Assembly (NCBI GenBank): GCA_945897725.1
Contig: CAMDFR010000007.1
Coordinates: forward strand, 22,022 to 86,021
DNA from: Chitinophaga pinensis
GTDB taxonomy: Bacteria > Bacteroidota > Bacteroidia > Chitinophagales > CAMDFR01
Length of the DNA stretch: 64,000 nucleotides
Reading direction: 5' to 3'
Shown piece by piece: positions 1-9,896 of this stretch; the first letter of the stretch is position 1; each line of letters opens with the position of its first letter. The notes beneath the pieces are model-generated. The model had not been told where the DNA came from. It saw only the letters and a program-made list of their open reading frames with translations, and made no database searches. The translations under genes were made by a program, and so were the position numbers.

Positions 1-103
1 CTAAACAGTGATAGAGAAAATGTGATTAATTTTTTCATTTGATGCATTGCTATATAAAAGTAACATATCTGCTCTTTATTGTGCAGATGTGTTAAATATA
101 ATA

Positions 104-343
104 TTAATATCCGTGATTGTAGTAACCACTAATAGATACGATATATCCTATGTTTGCAAATTGATTTTCGCCACGATAGGAATATCTTTGTCCTCCAGAA
201 GTCCAAGAGGTACGATTTGAGTATGATCTCCATGCAATTCCGCCACCTGACGAAGCAGGTACAATTCCGAAACTTGAATTAGAGCAATCAGTAAAATGTG
301 ACCATCCCGAAACTGCTATGCTATGTTGAAGAACTCCACCCAA
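104..343 (-). CDS. Small Gly/Ser/Tyr-rich hypothetical peptide (79 aa). It lies downstream of, and co-oriented with, the lipoprotein and small-membrane-protein genes.
   Basis: Intact ORF. The motif GGGIAW resembles the CGIAWGIGC motif of the upstream 286-aa lipoprotein. GC content is higher than the surroundings. I recognise no homology. Confidence 0.2.
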   Translation of the reverse strand: MGGVLQHSIAVSGWSHFTDCSNSSFGIVPASSGGGIAWRSYSNRTSWTSGGQRYSYRGENQFANIGYIVSISGYYNHGY

Positions 344-463
344 CCATAATGAACCTGATTTATATTGTGCCCAGCTTTCGCAAAAGTGTCTTTGACGACC
401 ACTTCCCCAATATTGAAACCCAACCCAAGTTTGCAGTTGGTGAGTTCCATATTGGGCAAGTCA

Positions 464-727
464 CTACTGTTCGTGATGATCAAAAAAAGTTCCAAACATT
501 TTTTGATACGTCTTATTTTTTTTATAAAAGAAAGGACCCATGTAAATTAATTTATAGAATAATATTAATTGAAATATTATCAAACCTGGAGCCAATCCAA
601 CATAAACGAAATATTTTTGATTCCCTTGATTGTAAAACTCTATTGCCCTCAATAAAAATAATGTTAAAATAATTGGAGAAGTAAGGTTAAAAAATAGTGC
701 AAGTATTATATCAATTACTTTTTTCAT
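464..727 (-). CDS. Small hydrophobic membrane protein (87 aa, about 2 TM helices).
   Basis: The ORF starts (MKK) 7 nt after the stop of the upstream lipoprotein gene on the same strand. It has two long hydrophobic stretches. Confidence 0.4.
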   Translation of the reverse strand: MKKVIDIILALFFNLTSPIILTLFLLRAIEFYNQGNQKYFVYVGLAPGLIIFQLILFYKLIYMGPFFYKKNKTYQKMFGTFFDHHEQ

Positions 728-733
728 GTTAAC

Positions 734-1594
734 TTAATTTTTCCAATATGAATAACTGTGTAAAGATAGACTAATTATCTGTAGTATTGCCGCTTTTTGA
801 GCACTAGTTATGCCTGAATTTGAGACTGTAATGCAAAAATTCTTAGTATAATCATTAACGATACTATCAGACAGGTCTTTATAAAGAATTTTGGCATATT
901 GTTTCGAGGCATTAAGTACAATTGTACTATCAGATGGAATTAAGCTATTCGAAACAGCACTGGAATAAAAGTCTTTAACACTATTAGTGTCGGTAGTAAA
1001 GCCTGCATCGGTTAAATCACATGCAGAATAGAATTTCAGACGCATCGAGTCTAATCCTGTGATATTGTAATTTCCACCAAGACTATCGTTCAAGAATTGA
1101 AAATAACCTTCGATTCCATTAAAAAGTTCTTCTTTGGTAACTCGATTTTGAATATAATCCAAGGCAATATTATGCTTAACACCAAACTCACGATACGGGT
1201 TAAAATTGTCAAAATCATAAAATAAAGTTGAATTATACCAATGAGCATTGGTTAAGACCCAATTGCTATTGTTTGTAATGTAATTTAATGGGTATGTAGG
1301 GGCTGGTTTTTTTAGCGCACTGCATCCAATACCCCAAGCAATGCCGCAAAATGCACCACCGATTGGTGTTGTTGTTGCACTACCTAATGCAAACCCTAAT
1401 CCCGCACCTCCTAAATCTCGATCCCAATTCCAATTTGTCTTGTAATAGTTTGGTGACTGGTATTGACTGTATTTCTCATTCAATAAATTAAGTTCTTGCG
1501 TTAGATTTGATGTCTTAGGCAATTGAACTTCAACTTTTTTACAAGCGTTTAGTGAAATTAAAATCACTGATAAACCTAAAATTGCTTTTTTCAT
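734..1594 (-). CDS. Lipoprotein with a glycine-zipper segment; hypothetical.
   Basis: Signal peptide with lipobox (LISLNAC). Contains GGAGLGFALGSATTTPIGGAFCGIAWGIGC, a glycine-zipper-like stretch. I recognise no family. Confidence 0.5.
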   Translation of the reverse strand: MKKAILGLSVILISLNACKKVEVQLPKTSNLTQELNLLNEKYSQYQSPNYYKTNWNWDRDLGGAGLGFALGSATTTPIGGAFCGIAWGIGCSALKKPAPTYPLNYITNNSNWVLTNAHWYNSTLFYDFDNFNPYREFGVKHNIALDYIQNRVTKEELFNGIEGYFQFLNDSLGGNYNITGLDSMRLKFYSACDLTDAGFTTDTNSVKDFYSSAVSNSLIPSDSTIVLNASKQYAKILYKDLSDSIVNDYTKNFCITVSNSGITSAQKAAILQIISLSLHSYSYWKN

Positions 1595-2021
1595 GTTTTT
1601 TTTGTACTTTAAATTATCCTTACTTTGATTTGTGGCGTGTTCAGGAATTCGCCAAATACTAATTCTTTAATAAAAGACTCTAAAATAGATTTAAGTCTTC
1701 TTTATAGATTAGTATACAACATCAATATTGTTGTATTCTAGCCAATTATTCTGCTGAAAATTTAGATACTTTTAGCCCGTAAAATGATAGTAAAAATTTA
1801 ATGAATTTTCTTATTAAAGTCTGAAAATGTTATATATCAATATATACAGCTATAGTCTAATAACATAAATTATGATATTTTTCGTCAATAAAAAAGTGTA
1901 TTCATGAAAGTTTATTTTAAATTACTTGAATCAATAATTTAGATTTGGCCTGTTAACAATTCAGGTTATATAACTTATTACCCGGAAGGCCTTCCATAAA
2001 CATTTTAAAAATTAAAATTTT

Positions 2022-2363
2022 ATGGAATTACAATTTAAAACTCGAAATTTATTACTGACGTTGTTATTTACAGCAATTGTAAATTATAGCTTTGCTTATG
2101 CTTATCAACCCTTGCCACTACTTGATCCTAGTGGTAGTATCGCAATTGTTGATGATGATATCTTTGTGGATACGCAGGATTCGAATAACCCAGTTGCTAC
2201 AACTAAGATATTTGATGTAAATCTAAACTTGGTGCATACATTTTCTTGGTGTCATAGTCAATCTTGCCGGTATAATATCTCACAATTAAGTGCTGGTATA
2301 TACACTATTGTAGTAACAACCAATTCTGGTTACAGCTTTGCAATTACGCAATATATTCAATAG
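2022..2363 (+). CDS. Small secreted protein (113 aa). The C-terminus weakly resembles a T9SS type-A sorting domain.
   Basis: N-terminal signal peptide (LLLTLLFTAIVNYSFAYA). The C-terminal NISQLSAGIYTIVVTTNSGYSFAITQYIQ resembles Por/T9SS CTD beta strands. Confidence 0.35.
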   Translation: MELQFKTRNLLLTLLFTAIVNYSFAYAYQPLPLLDPSGSIAIVDDDIFVDTQDSNNPVATTKIFDVNLNLVHTFSWCHSQSCRYNISQLSAGIYTIVVTTNSGYSFAITQYIQ

Positions 2364-2389
2364 AGAGGCTTTTATCAAAAGGGCGGGAA

Positions 2390-3868
2390 TTATTTACCCG
2401 CCTTTTCTTTCATTTTTTTAATTAACCAAGGTTTTTCCGAGACAGGATTTTCAAGTTGTAAAGCTTTCAAAAAATTTAAGTATTGTTCAGGACTTTTCCT
2501 TTTAGTAAGCACTTTAGCATATTTTATAAAATTATACGTTTTTTCCTGATTTGTTTTCCCGATTTTAGATGACCTAAGCAAATACAAAAGTTTATTAAAA
2601 ATACCATTTAAATATTCCTTGTCCTTACTAGGCGCACCTATTTTTAATTCAATCGCTATTTGAATTTGTAGTTGCATAAAATTAATTTTCAACAAAACAT
2701 CCAGAGCCTTCAGGCTGACATTACTTGTTTTTGACCAAGCCAATTGAAAGTTACCCTTGTTAAAATGAAATAAGGCCTCTATATACGCTGTGCCTACTTC
2801 TTTTATATCAGTATCTATAAACTTTTTATAGTTGCCATAAAAGGATTCTGACCACTCAAGCTGACCCAGTTTTATTGATGCAGAAACGATAGATTTCATT
2901 AGAGAAAAAGAAATGATCCCTTGTTCTAGAATTAGATTTTTTTCTTTCATAAAGTCAATTACACGTAGTAAAAGTACTGCCACACTTAAGTTGTCTTTTT
3001 TTTGCTCATTAAGACAGATATTAATAAGATAAGTAGCGATGGTGATATTATCACCACGTAACTCAAAGTTAAATGGTAGTGTTTTGTATAGATTAAAGAG
3101 TTGAAGAAATACTTTGGGGGTGATTTTCGGTTTATAAAGAAAAATACGTATAAAATCGCCATACAATCTAATAAGTAAGTTTATTCCCTTGTATTTTTCA
3201 GCATTTGCTATTTGTGTTTCAATATATTCTTGATTAATGGTTCCTGCAAGAATTTTATTACGATTAATCAATTCGCAACAAACCTTTAACTTCTCTATAT
3301 AATATGCAATATCCAGATAAATGATGTATTCGATTTCCTTATTTTTAATTCCTCGCCCTGCTTTGATTGTTTCATGCACTTCTGTTGATTTTAATAACAA
3401 ATAATAATATCTATTTTCATCAGAGGAGATAACTTGGTGTTTATTTTGCGTTACTCTTTTTATTTTTGTAAGTATTGAATTGTAATGTCTTTTTAAATGC
3501 AGCCTGCTATATAAGCCAAGTAAGCCATACAATTTTTCTATTTCACTAGATGGTTTAATGGTTATATTGATGAGATATTCTTCGACATGCATCAAAATTT
3601 TATTCATTAAATCGTCAATTCTATTTTGATGCAAACCAAGTTCTTTTATAATCGTTGTTTGAAGTCTATCCTCCCTCCTCGAATAAAGAAATAAAATCTT
3701 CAACACAATTTGTTGTTGTGGTTTAAGATTTGTTCCGGGTGCAAGCAATAAAGATTTCATTTTCTTTAGCTCTTCCTTGTCTAACGAATTTAATAGTTCA
3801 ACGACTTTATATGATTGGATATTCACTGTAGTGTAATAATTAGTTGAATGTAGAACAATTAAATTCAA
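2390..3868 (-). CDS. Hypothetical alpha-helical protein (492 aa), family unrecognised.
   Basis: Long uninterrupted ORF that is Leu/Lys/Ile-rich and predicted helical. No signal peptide. It is followed by a 660-bp non-coding region. Confidence 0.55.
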   Translation of the reverse strand: MNLIVLHSTNYYTTVNIQSYKVVELLNSLDKEELKKMKSLLLAPGTNLKPQQQIVLKILFLYSRREDRLQTTIIKELGLHQNRIDDLMNKILMHVEEYLINITIKPSSEIEKLYGLLGLYSRLHLKRHYNSILTKIKRVTQNKHQVISSDENRYYYLLLKSTEVHETIKAGRGIKNKEIEYIIYLDIAYYIEKLKVCCELINRNKILAGTINQEYIETQIANAEKYKGINLLIRLYGDFIRIFLYKPKITPKVFLQLFNLYKTLPFNFELRGDNITIATYLINICLNEQKKDNLSVAVLLLRVIDFMKEKNLILEQGIISFSLMKSIVSASIKLGQLEWSESFYGNYKKFIDTDIKEVGTAYIEALFHFNKGNFQLAWSKTSNVSLKALDVLLKINFMQLQIQIAIELKIGAPSKDKEYLNGIFNKLLYLLRSSKIGKTNQEKTYNFIKYAKVLTKRKSPEQYLNFLKALQLENPVSEKPWLIKKMKEKAGK

Positions 3869-4265
3869 AATTCGGCAAAAAATGACAATAGCGTTTCTTT
3901 TCGTTATTTTTCAAATGGCGTGTCGAAGTATAGAGAAAAGGGCATTTCCCAATACCAATTCTACAATCACTGTTCACTCACATGCAAACAAAAAAGCAAC
4001 CCAACTGTCAAAACTACAAAGTCCTTTTTATTCAAATTCCATATCAATGACAGATCTGGCCGGTGCTATCTATCGTGTAAAAATGGTTTGGTATACTGCG
4101 ATTAAAGAATTTATATTTACAGGTATCTCCATAGGCCTTCACCGTATCGATTTTCATGCTTCACTTCGCTTGCCAGCACTAATAAAAAAACTCATCATTC
4201 ATAACTCATACCTACTAACTCATCATTCTAAACTCCTCACTCACCACAATTCCTAGAGCCCTAGC

Positions 4266-4335
4266 CCTGATAGCAGCCGGCATCCTTTTTTGGCAGTAAG
4301 GAATAGGATGGCGTGGCACACGCTGCTAGTAGATT
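4266..4335 (+). other. GC-rich element A with imperfect terminal inverted repeats. Left arm is CTGATAGCAGCCGGCATCC and right arm is GGCGTGGCACACGCTGCTAGTAG. It contains the core TGATAGCAGCCGGCA-N13-GTAAGGAATAG, which is shared with the 45091..45122 locus.
   Basis: Direct sequence comparison. The same 15-mer plus GTAAGG(C)GAATAG is found, reverse-complemented, at 45091..45122. Related k-mers (TAGCAGCCG, TGATAGCA, GGCGTGCCAGCG) occur at 9738..9836. Confidence 0.4.
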
Positions 4336-4433
4336 TGAAAGCCAGAAAAGATAGAGGCGAATAGCAGGAATAGCTTCAAAAAAAGGAGATATGAAGGGAT
4401 TATTAAATGCTCCTGAATGTCTGACAAATTATG

Positions 4434-4441
4434 TAGTTTTG
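4434..4441 (+). promoter_or_regulatory. Candidate Bacteroidota-type -7 promoter box (TAGTTTTG, consensus TAnnTTTG) upstream of groES.
   Basis: Motif match about 94 nt upstream of the groES ATG. There is no clear -33 TTG, and I found no CIRCE element. Confidence 0.2.
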
Positions 4442-4534
4442 ACCTGTAAATATGACAAAAGTTCAGTAAAATTCCATTGGCATAATAAATGCTAAGGAGA
4501 GTATATAATTATTTATCCAAAAAATTAAAATAAA

Positions 4535-4813
4535 ATGGCAGAATTAAACATCAAACCTTTGGCTGACAGAGTGGTAATTAAAGCAGCAGAAGCAGAAGAA
4601 AAAACGAAAAGTGGCTTGTATATTCCAGACAATGCCAAAGAAAAACCGCAACGTGGGGTTGTAATGGCCGCTGGTCCGGGTAAAAAAGACGAACCAACCG
4701 TTGTAAAAGTGGGTGATACTGTATTGTATGGCAAATATGCCGGTACTGAAATTACAGTAGATGGCGAAGAATTATTGATTATGCGTGAGAGCGATATTTT
4801 CGCAATCGTATAA
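4535..4813 (+). CDS. groES: Co-chaperonin GroES (10 kDa chaperonin).
   Basis: 92 aa with canonical GroES sequence ([19 protein letters not shown], mobile loop). It lies immediately upstream of groEL. Confidence 0.97.
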   Translation: MAELNIKPLADRVVIKAAEAEEKTKSGLYIPDNAKEKPQRGVVMAAGPGKKDEPTVVKVGDTVLYGKYAGTEITVDGEELLIMRESDIFAIV

Positions 4814-4867
4814 GCAGAGGTTTGGCCTCCAAGACTAAGAATTAAATTATAAAAATAAAATAGATAA

Positions 4868-6502
<1,635 letters not shown>

Positions 6503-6531
6503 TCCTTTCTTTAAAACATTTAATTATAGAA

Positions 6532-6567
6532 AAACCAATCCGATGTCGGGTTGGTTTTTTTTTGTCG
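6532..6567 (+). terminator. Rho-independent terminator of the groESL operon.
   Basis: AACCAATCCG-atgt-CGGGTTGGTT forms a 10-bp stem (one G-U pair) followed by T9. Confidence 0.8.
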
Positions 6568-6681
6568 TGTACTTTGCCTGAGCAGCATCCAAAGATTTTA
6601 AGAACCGTTTATGAGTCATTTTTGCTCCCATAGAAAGCCTCGCCTTCTTTGAAATTGAAGGCTATGACGGTATTGACTTTT

Positions 6682-7770
6682 TTACAAATTTGATGTATTC
6701 TCGCTCATCGCTTGATATACAACATTAGATATTTGACTTAGTACAGCGGGTAATTTTTGTGGATTGGCACCACGGGTCATGACTGTCAATATGTAGGTTT
6801 TATTTTGTAAATAGATGATCGCTGATTCATGCAGTTGTTGTTCTGTAGCGATCCCACTCTCACCAAATTTGTGTGCTATTTTTGTATTGGACGGAAGTCC
6901 ATTAAGGATGCCATTTTTAAAGTCACAATGAGTCATAAGTTCTGTTGCAAACTCAGAATCCTTACTAGATAAATAACAACCATTATACAAGGCTCGAAGG
7001 AACATGGAATAATGCTTAGCAGTGATGGGATAGTCACTCGAATTCCAATCTGGTGCTTCTAATCCAAGGTCTGTAAATGTTTTTTGGAAGGTAGGAACAT
7101 CAATAATATCATTCAGAAGTTTCGTGGCATTATTGTCGGAATATGTAATCATGTAGGTGAGCAATTCCCTGATGGTATAGGTGTGCCCCACTTCGATGGA
7201 TTTTGAAAGATACAATCCTTTTTTCTTGAGATCGAAAGCACGGCTATACGTAATTTTTCTATCTAATAAACCAGGTTGTTTTTCATTCATTTTTAAAAAG
7301 GTAATCAGTTCTGGTACTTTTAGCAAGGAGCCTGGCTTATAGGATTCATCCTCATTGATGGCAAACCACTCGTTTAAGGAGATATCTCTTAAATAAACAG
7401 AGGCCGCATTGACGGTGCCGGATTTTTTGAAATTGTCGATCAAGGAAACGACTGTCTCTTTCATGGGCAAAAGGTTATCGGATTGACATTTGTCATCCAC
7501 AAATAAAATGGGTCTAATATACTGATAGCCATTTATTCGTTGCACTTCATAATTACATGAACGAGCTATTTGGGTATTGGCTTGTAATAGATCACTGCTT
7601 GCAATTGATTGTTCCATTTGCAATTCAGCTTGATTTTCTTTCGAAAAATAGTTTGTTAGAAAAAAGGTGCCTGCTGTGCAGCCGGCCATCAATAGAATGG
7701 TATAAATCAGAGAAATTTTTTTTTGAAGGATTGTTTTCATTGCATAAAAGTTACGTTTACGAAGATACAA
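6682..7770 (-). CDS. Class A beta-lactamase-family serine hydrolase (lipoprotein).
   Basis: SxxK motif (GSLLK) and SDN loop (YSDNNATKLL, compare TEM MSDNTAANLL). EAPDW aligns with the omega-loop Glu, and a KxG-like HKFGESG is present. Lipobox LLMAGC. Confidence 0.6.
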   Translation of the reverse strand: MYLRKRNFYAMKTILQKKISLIYTILLMAGCTAGTFFLTNYFSKENQAELQMEQSIASSDLLQANTQIARSCNYEVQRINGYQYIRPILFVDDKCQSDNLLPMKETVVSLIDNFKKSGTVNAASVYLRDISLNEWFAINEDESYKPGSLLKVPELITFLKMNEKQPGLLDRKITYSRAFDLKKKGLYLSKSIEVGHTYTIRELLTYMITYSDNNATKLLNDIIDVPTFQKTFTDLGLEAPDWNSSDYPITAKHYSMFLRALYNGCYLSSKDSEFATELMTHCDFKNGILNGLPSNTKIAHKFGESGIATEQQLHESAIIYLQNKTYILTVMTRGANPQKLPAVLSQISNVVYQAMSENTSNL

Positions 7771-7917
7771 TTGTTTTCATCTTATTAAGGAATTCCATTC
7801 TTTCAAAAGTCACTCTTATTTTCATTGACTTGGTAGATGCGCCATGTCGCTTTCCTTATCTCATATTTGATGTATCCTAAGAATCGTAAAACGAATTCTT
7901 ATCGTGAATGAAGGGTT

Positions 7918-8589
7918 CTAGGTCGAATATTTGTATTCTAATTTTTGGGAAGACAAGTTTTTATCCACCTTGGCATAACTAAGTCTTGCGAGATGTTGCG
8001 TACGATGATATCGATCGAGTCCGCTACAGGTGATGCTTTGTGCCTTTTCAATATCTATAAACCCATCCACGCAGAAACATTCTTTTGGAAAATAAATGGC
8101 TTGTATCTCGCCAATCACGAATTGGCAGGCATTTATACTGAGCTCATGTTTTTCTCTAAAGGACACAGCCATTTGAATATGACTTTCTTTTACAAATGGT
8201 GCCTTACAATTTCCTTTGTACTCTTCCGTTAATTGGGTGGCATCAAACTCCGATATCTCTTTAGGATAACGGGCGGAAGTTTGATGTGCCTGTTGCATGA
8301 TGTTTTCATTGATATGATTGATGGTAAAGGAAGCCGTTTCCATAATATTAGTCAGCGTATGCCTGTCAACACAGTCCGGTCGTACAACCAATCCAATCAA
8401 TGGTGGACTTGCGCCTAGGTGTACAATGGAACTAAAGATGGCCAGATTGCTTTCTTTTTTATCATTGATGCTGCCTATCAAAGCCACACTCTTAAATCCA
8501 AGAATTGAGTTGATCACATTCACCCTCAGGGATTGTTCCATGCTCATGAGTTCTTCATGCGTGAATACACAAGTATGATGCTTATCCAT
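7918..8589 (-). CDS. Flavin reductase-like (FMN-binding split-barrel) family protein.
   Basis: VALIGSINDKKESNLAIFSSIVHLGASPPLIGLVVRP matches the flavin reductase domain signature (SxxPP). It overlaps the upstream SDR gene by 8 nt. Confidence 0.55.
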   Translation of the reverse strand: MDKHHTCVFTHEELMSMEQSLRVNVINSILGFKSVALIGSINDKKESNLAIFSSIVHLGASPPLIGLVVRPDCVDRHTLTNIMETASFTINHINENIMQQAHQTSARYPKEISEFDATQLTEEYKGNCKAPFVKESHIQMAVSFREKHELSINACQFVIGEIQAIYFPKECFCVDGFIDIEKAQSITCSGLDRYHRTQHLARLSYAKVDKNLSSQKLEYKYST

Positions 8590-9280
8590 TCTTCAGATGA
8601 TTCATCCCACCATCAATAGCCATTACCTGTCCAGTCATCCAAGCCGATTCGTCGAGGAGTAAGAAGGAGACAGCATTTGCAATATCAAGTGCAGAGCCAA
8701 TCTTATGCATCGGATTTCTTTTTTCCATCAGCTCTATTTTTTCTGGCGTATTCAAAAACTTATTGCCCAAAGGTGTATTGACCAATGATGGTGCAATGCA
8801 ATTCACTCTTATGTTTGGTGCCAACTCAGCAGCCAACGATTTGCTAAGGGCTTCAATAGCACCTTTTGCCATAGAGATAGATGCATGAAAAGGAAGGCCT
8901 GTACTTGCCGCGACCGAGCTGATGAAAACAATGGAAGCATGATCTACCATCTTTAGATTTTTAAGATATGCCTGCGCAAAAGCAACAGCACCCAAGGCAT
9001 TAATCTCATAATCAGTTCGGAATTCTGCAGCCGATAATCTACCGAAAGGTTTCAGATTGATGGTGCCTGGAAAATAAACTAGGCCATCTATTTTTTCCTC
9101 TATAGCTGGAAAAGAGCCAAAATCGTAATTGATGACTTCATACAAATCGTCATAATTGGCATGATCCGATTTGGTACTGATACCAATTACACGGTGTCCT
9201 TTACTTTGAAGGAGGAGCGAAGTTTCTTTTGCAATGGCACTAGAGGCGCCTGCAAATAAAAATGTTTTTTGTTGACTCAT
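8582..9280 (-). CDS. Short-chain dehydrogenase/reductase (SDR) family oxidoreductase.
   Basis: Rossmann GASSAIAK motif near the N-terminus and an SDR-like fold pattern (NAG, catalytic-region MAKGAIEALSKSLAAE). Confidence 0.6.
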   Translation of the reverse strand: MSQQKTFLFAGASSAIAKETSLLLQSKGHRVIGISTKSDHANYDDLYEVINYDFGSFPAIEEKIDGLVYFPGTINLKPFGRLSAAEFRTDYEINALGAVAFAQAYLKNLKMVDHASIVFISSVAASTGLPFHASISMAKGAIEALSKSLAAELAPNIRVNCIAPSLVNTPLGNKFLNTPEKIELMEKRNPMHKIGSALDIANAVSFLLLDESAWMTGQVMAIDGGMNHLKNG

Positions 9281-9633
9281 TATCGTTTGGATATTTTATT
9301 GCTTGTTATATTTTTTTGTTGTTTGCTTTTAAAGCGACCTATTGTAGGAACTCTTTTGGCCCTATGTTTGGTAGCGCATTGTTCTACCCGTTCCCTCCAC
9401 AATTTGTAACTACTATATTTGAGTTCTTTTTTCATCAAGGCTTTCACCTCATCTTCCCTTAATCCAAATTGATAGTGTATGGCATCGAAGGGTGTTCTAT
9501 CTTCCCATGCCATTTCAATGATTCTGTCAAGCTCTAGAGCGGTGAATGTCACAGACATTTCCTCAACTTCTATGTATGCAGACGGAGAAGGTAATCCGCT
9601 GTAGTGGCAAAAATTGATATCGTTTATATTCAT
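9280..9633 (-). CDS. DUF2805 (TIGR03643-like) family small protein.
   Basis: The EDRTPFDAIHYQFGL motif is characteristic of DUF2805. It overlaps the start of the SDR gene by 1 nt, consistent with an operon. Confidence 0.5.
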   Translation of the reverse strand: MNINDINFCHYSGLPSPSAYIEVEEMSVTFTALELDRIIEMAWEDRTPFDAIHYQFGLREDEVKALMKKELKYSSYKLWRERVEQCATKHRAKRVPTIGRFKSKQQKNITSNKISKR

Positions 9634-9737
9634 TTGTGAAATTTCAAAAGCAATCTTTTCTAGAGATATATAACAATGTTCTCTTGCGAATGTTTAAGAA
9701 AAATGGTGGAGCCGTCAAAGCATGTTATTTTTTGTTT

Positions 9738-9836
9738 GGGCGTGCCAGCGGAGTAGCAGCCGCCGCTGTCCTGCTATACACTGCAAGCTGCTGTAAGAAA
9801 ACAACAGCAGGCTTTTCGTTGCTATCAGTCACGCAA
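9738..9836 (+). ncRNA. GC-rich structured intergenic element C, a candidate sRNA or MITE-like element. It includes a perfect hairpin CTGCTGT-N9-ACAGCAG followed by GCTTTTCGTT.
   Basis: About 60% GC island in an AT-rich genome. Stem 9788..9794 pairs with 9804..9810. It shares TAGCAGCCG, GGCGTGCCAGCG and TGATAGCA (reverse-complemented) with elements at 4266..4335 and 45091..45122. The overlapping 67-aa ORF 9636..9839 is more likely spurious. Confidence 0.3.
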
Positions 9837-9896
9837 TAATATACATTTCATAGAAAGCATTCATTCCATGCTTCACAAAATTGGAATCAGATTGTT

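Noticed and set aside
298-672. 124-aa ORF on the plus strand.
   Set aside because: It lies antisense to and overlaps two co-oriented minus-strand genes, it has no features, and it has a low-complexity F/K-rich tail.
3882-4256. 124-aa ORF upstream of groES.
   Set aside because: No signal, motif or conservation is recognisable. It has a His/Leu repetitive tail and sits in a leader that instead contains the structured element A. I kept it only as a possibility.
9636-9839. 67-aa ORF with an Ala/Cys-rich tail.
   Set aside because: Its codon-like signal comes only from a GC-rich hairpin island, so I interpret it as a structured element rather than a protein.
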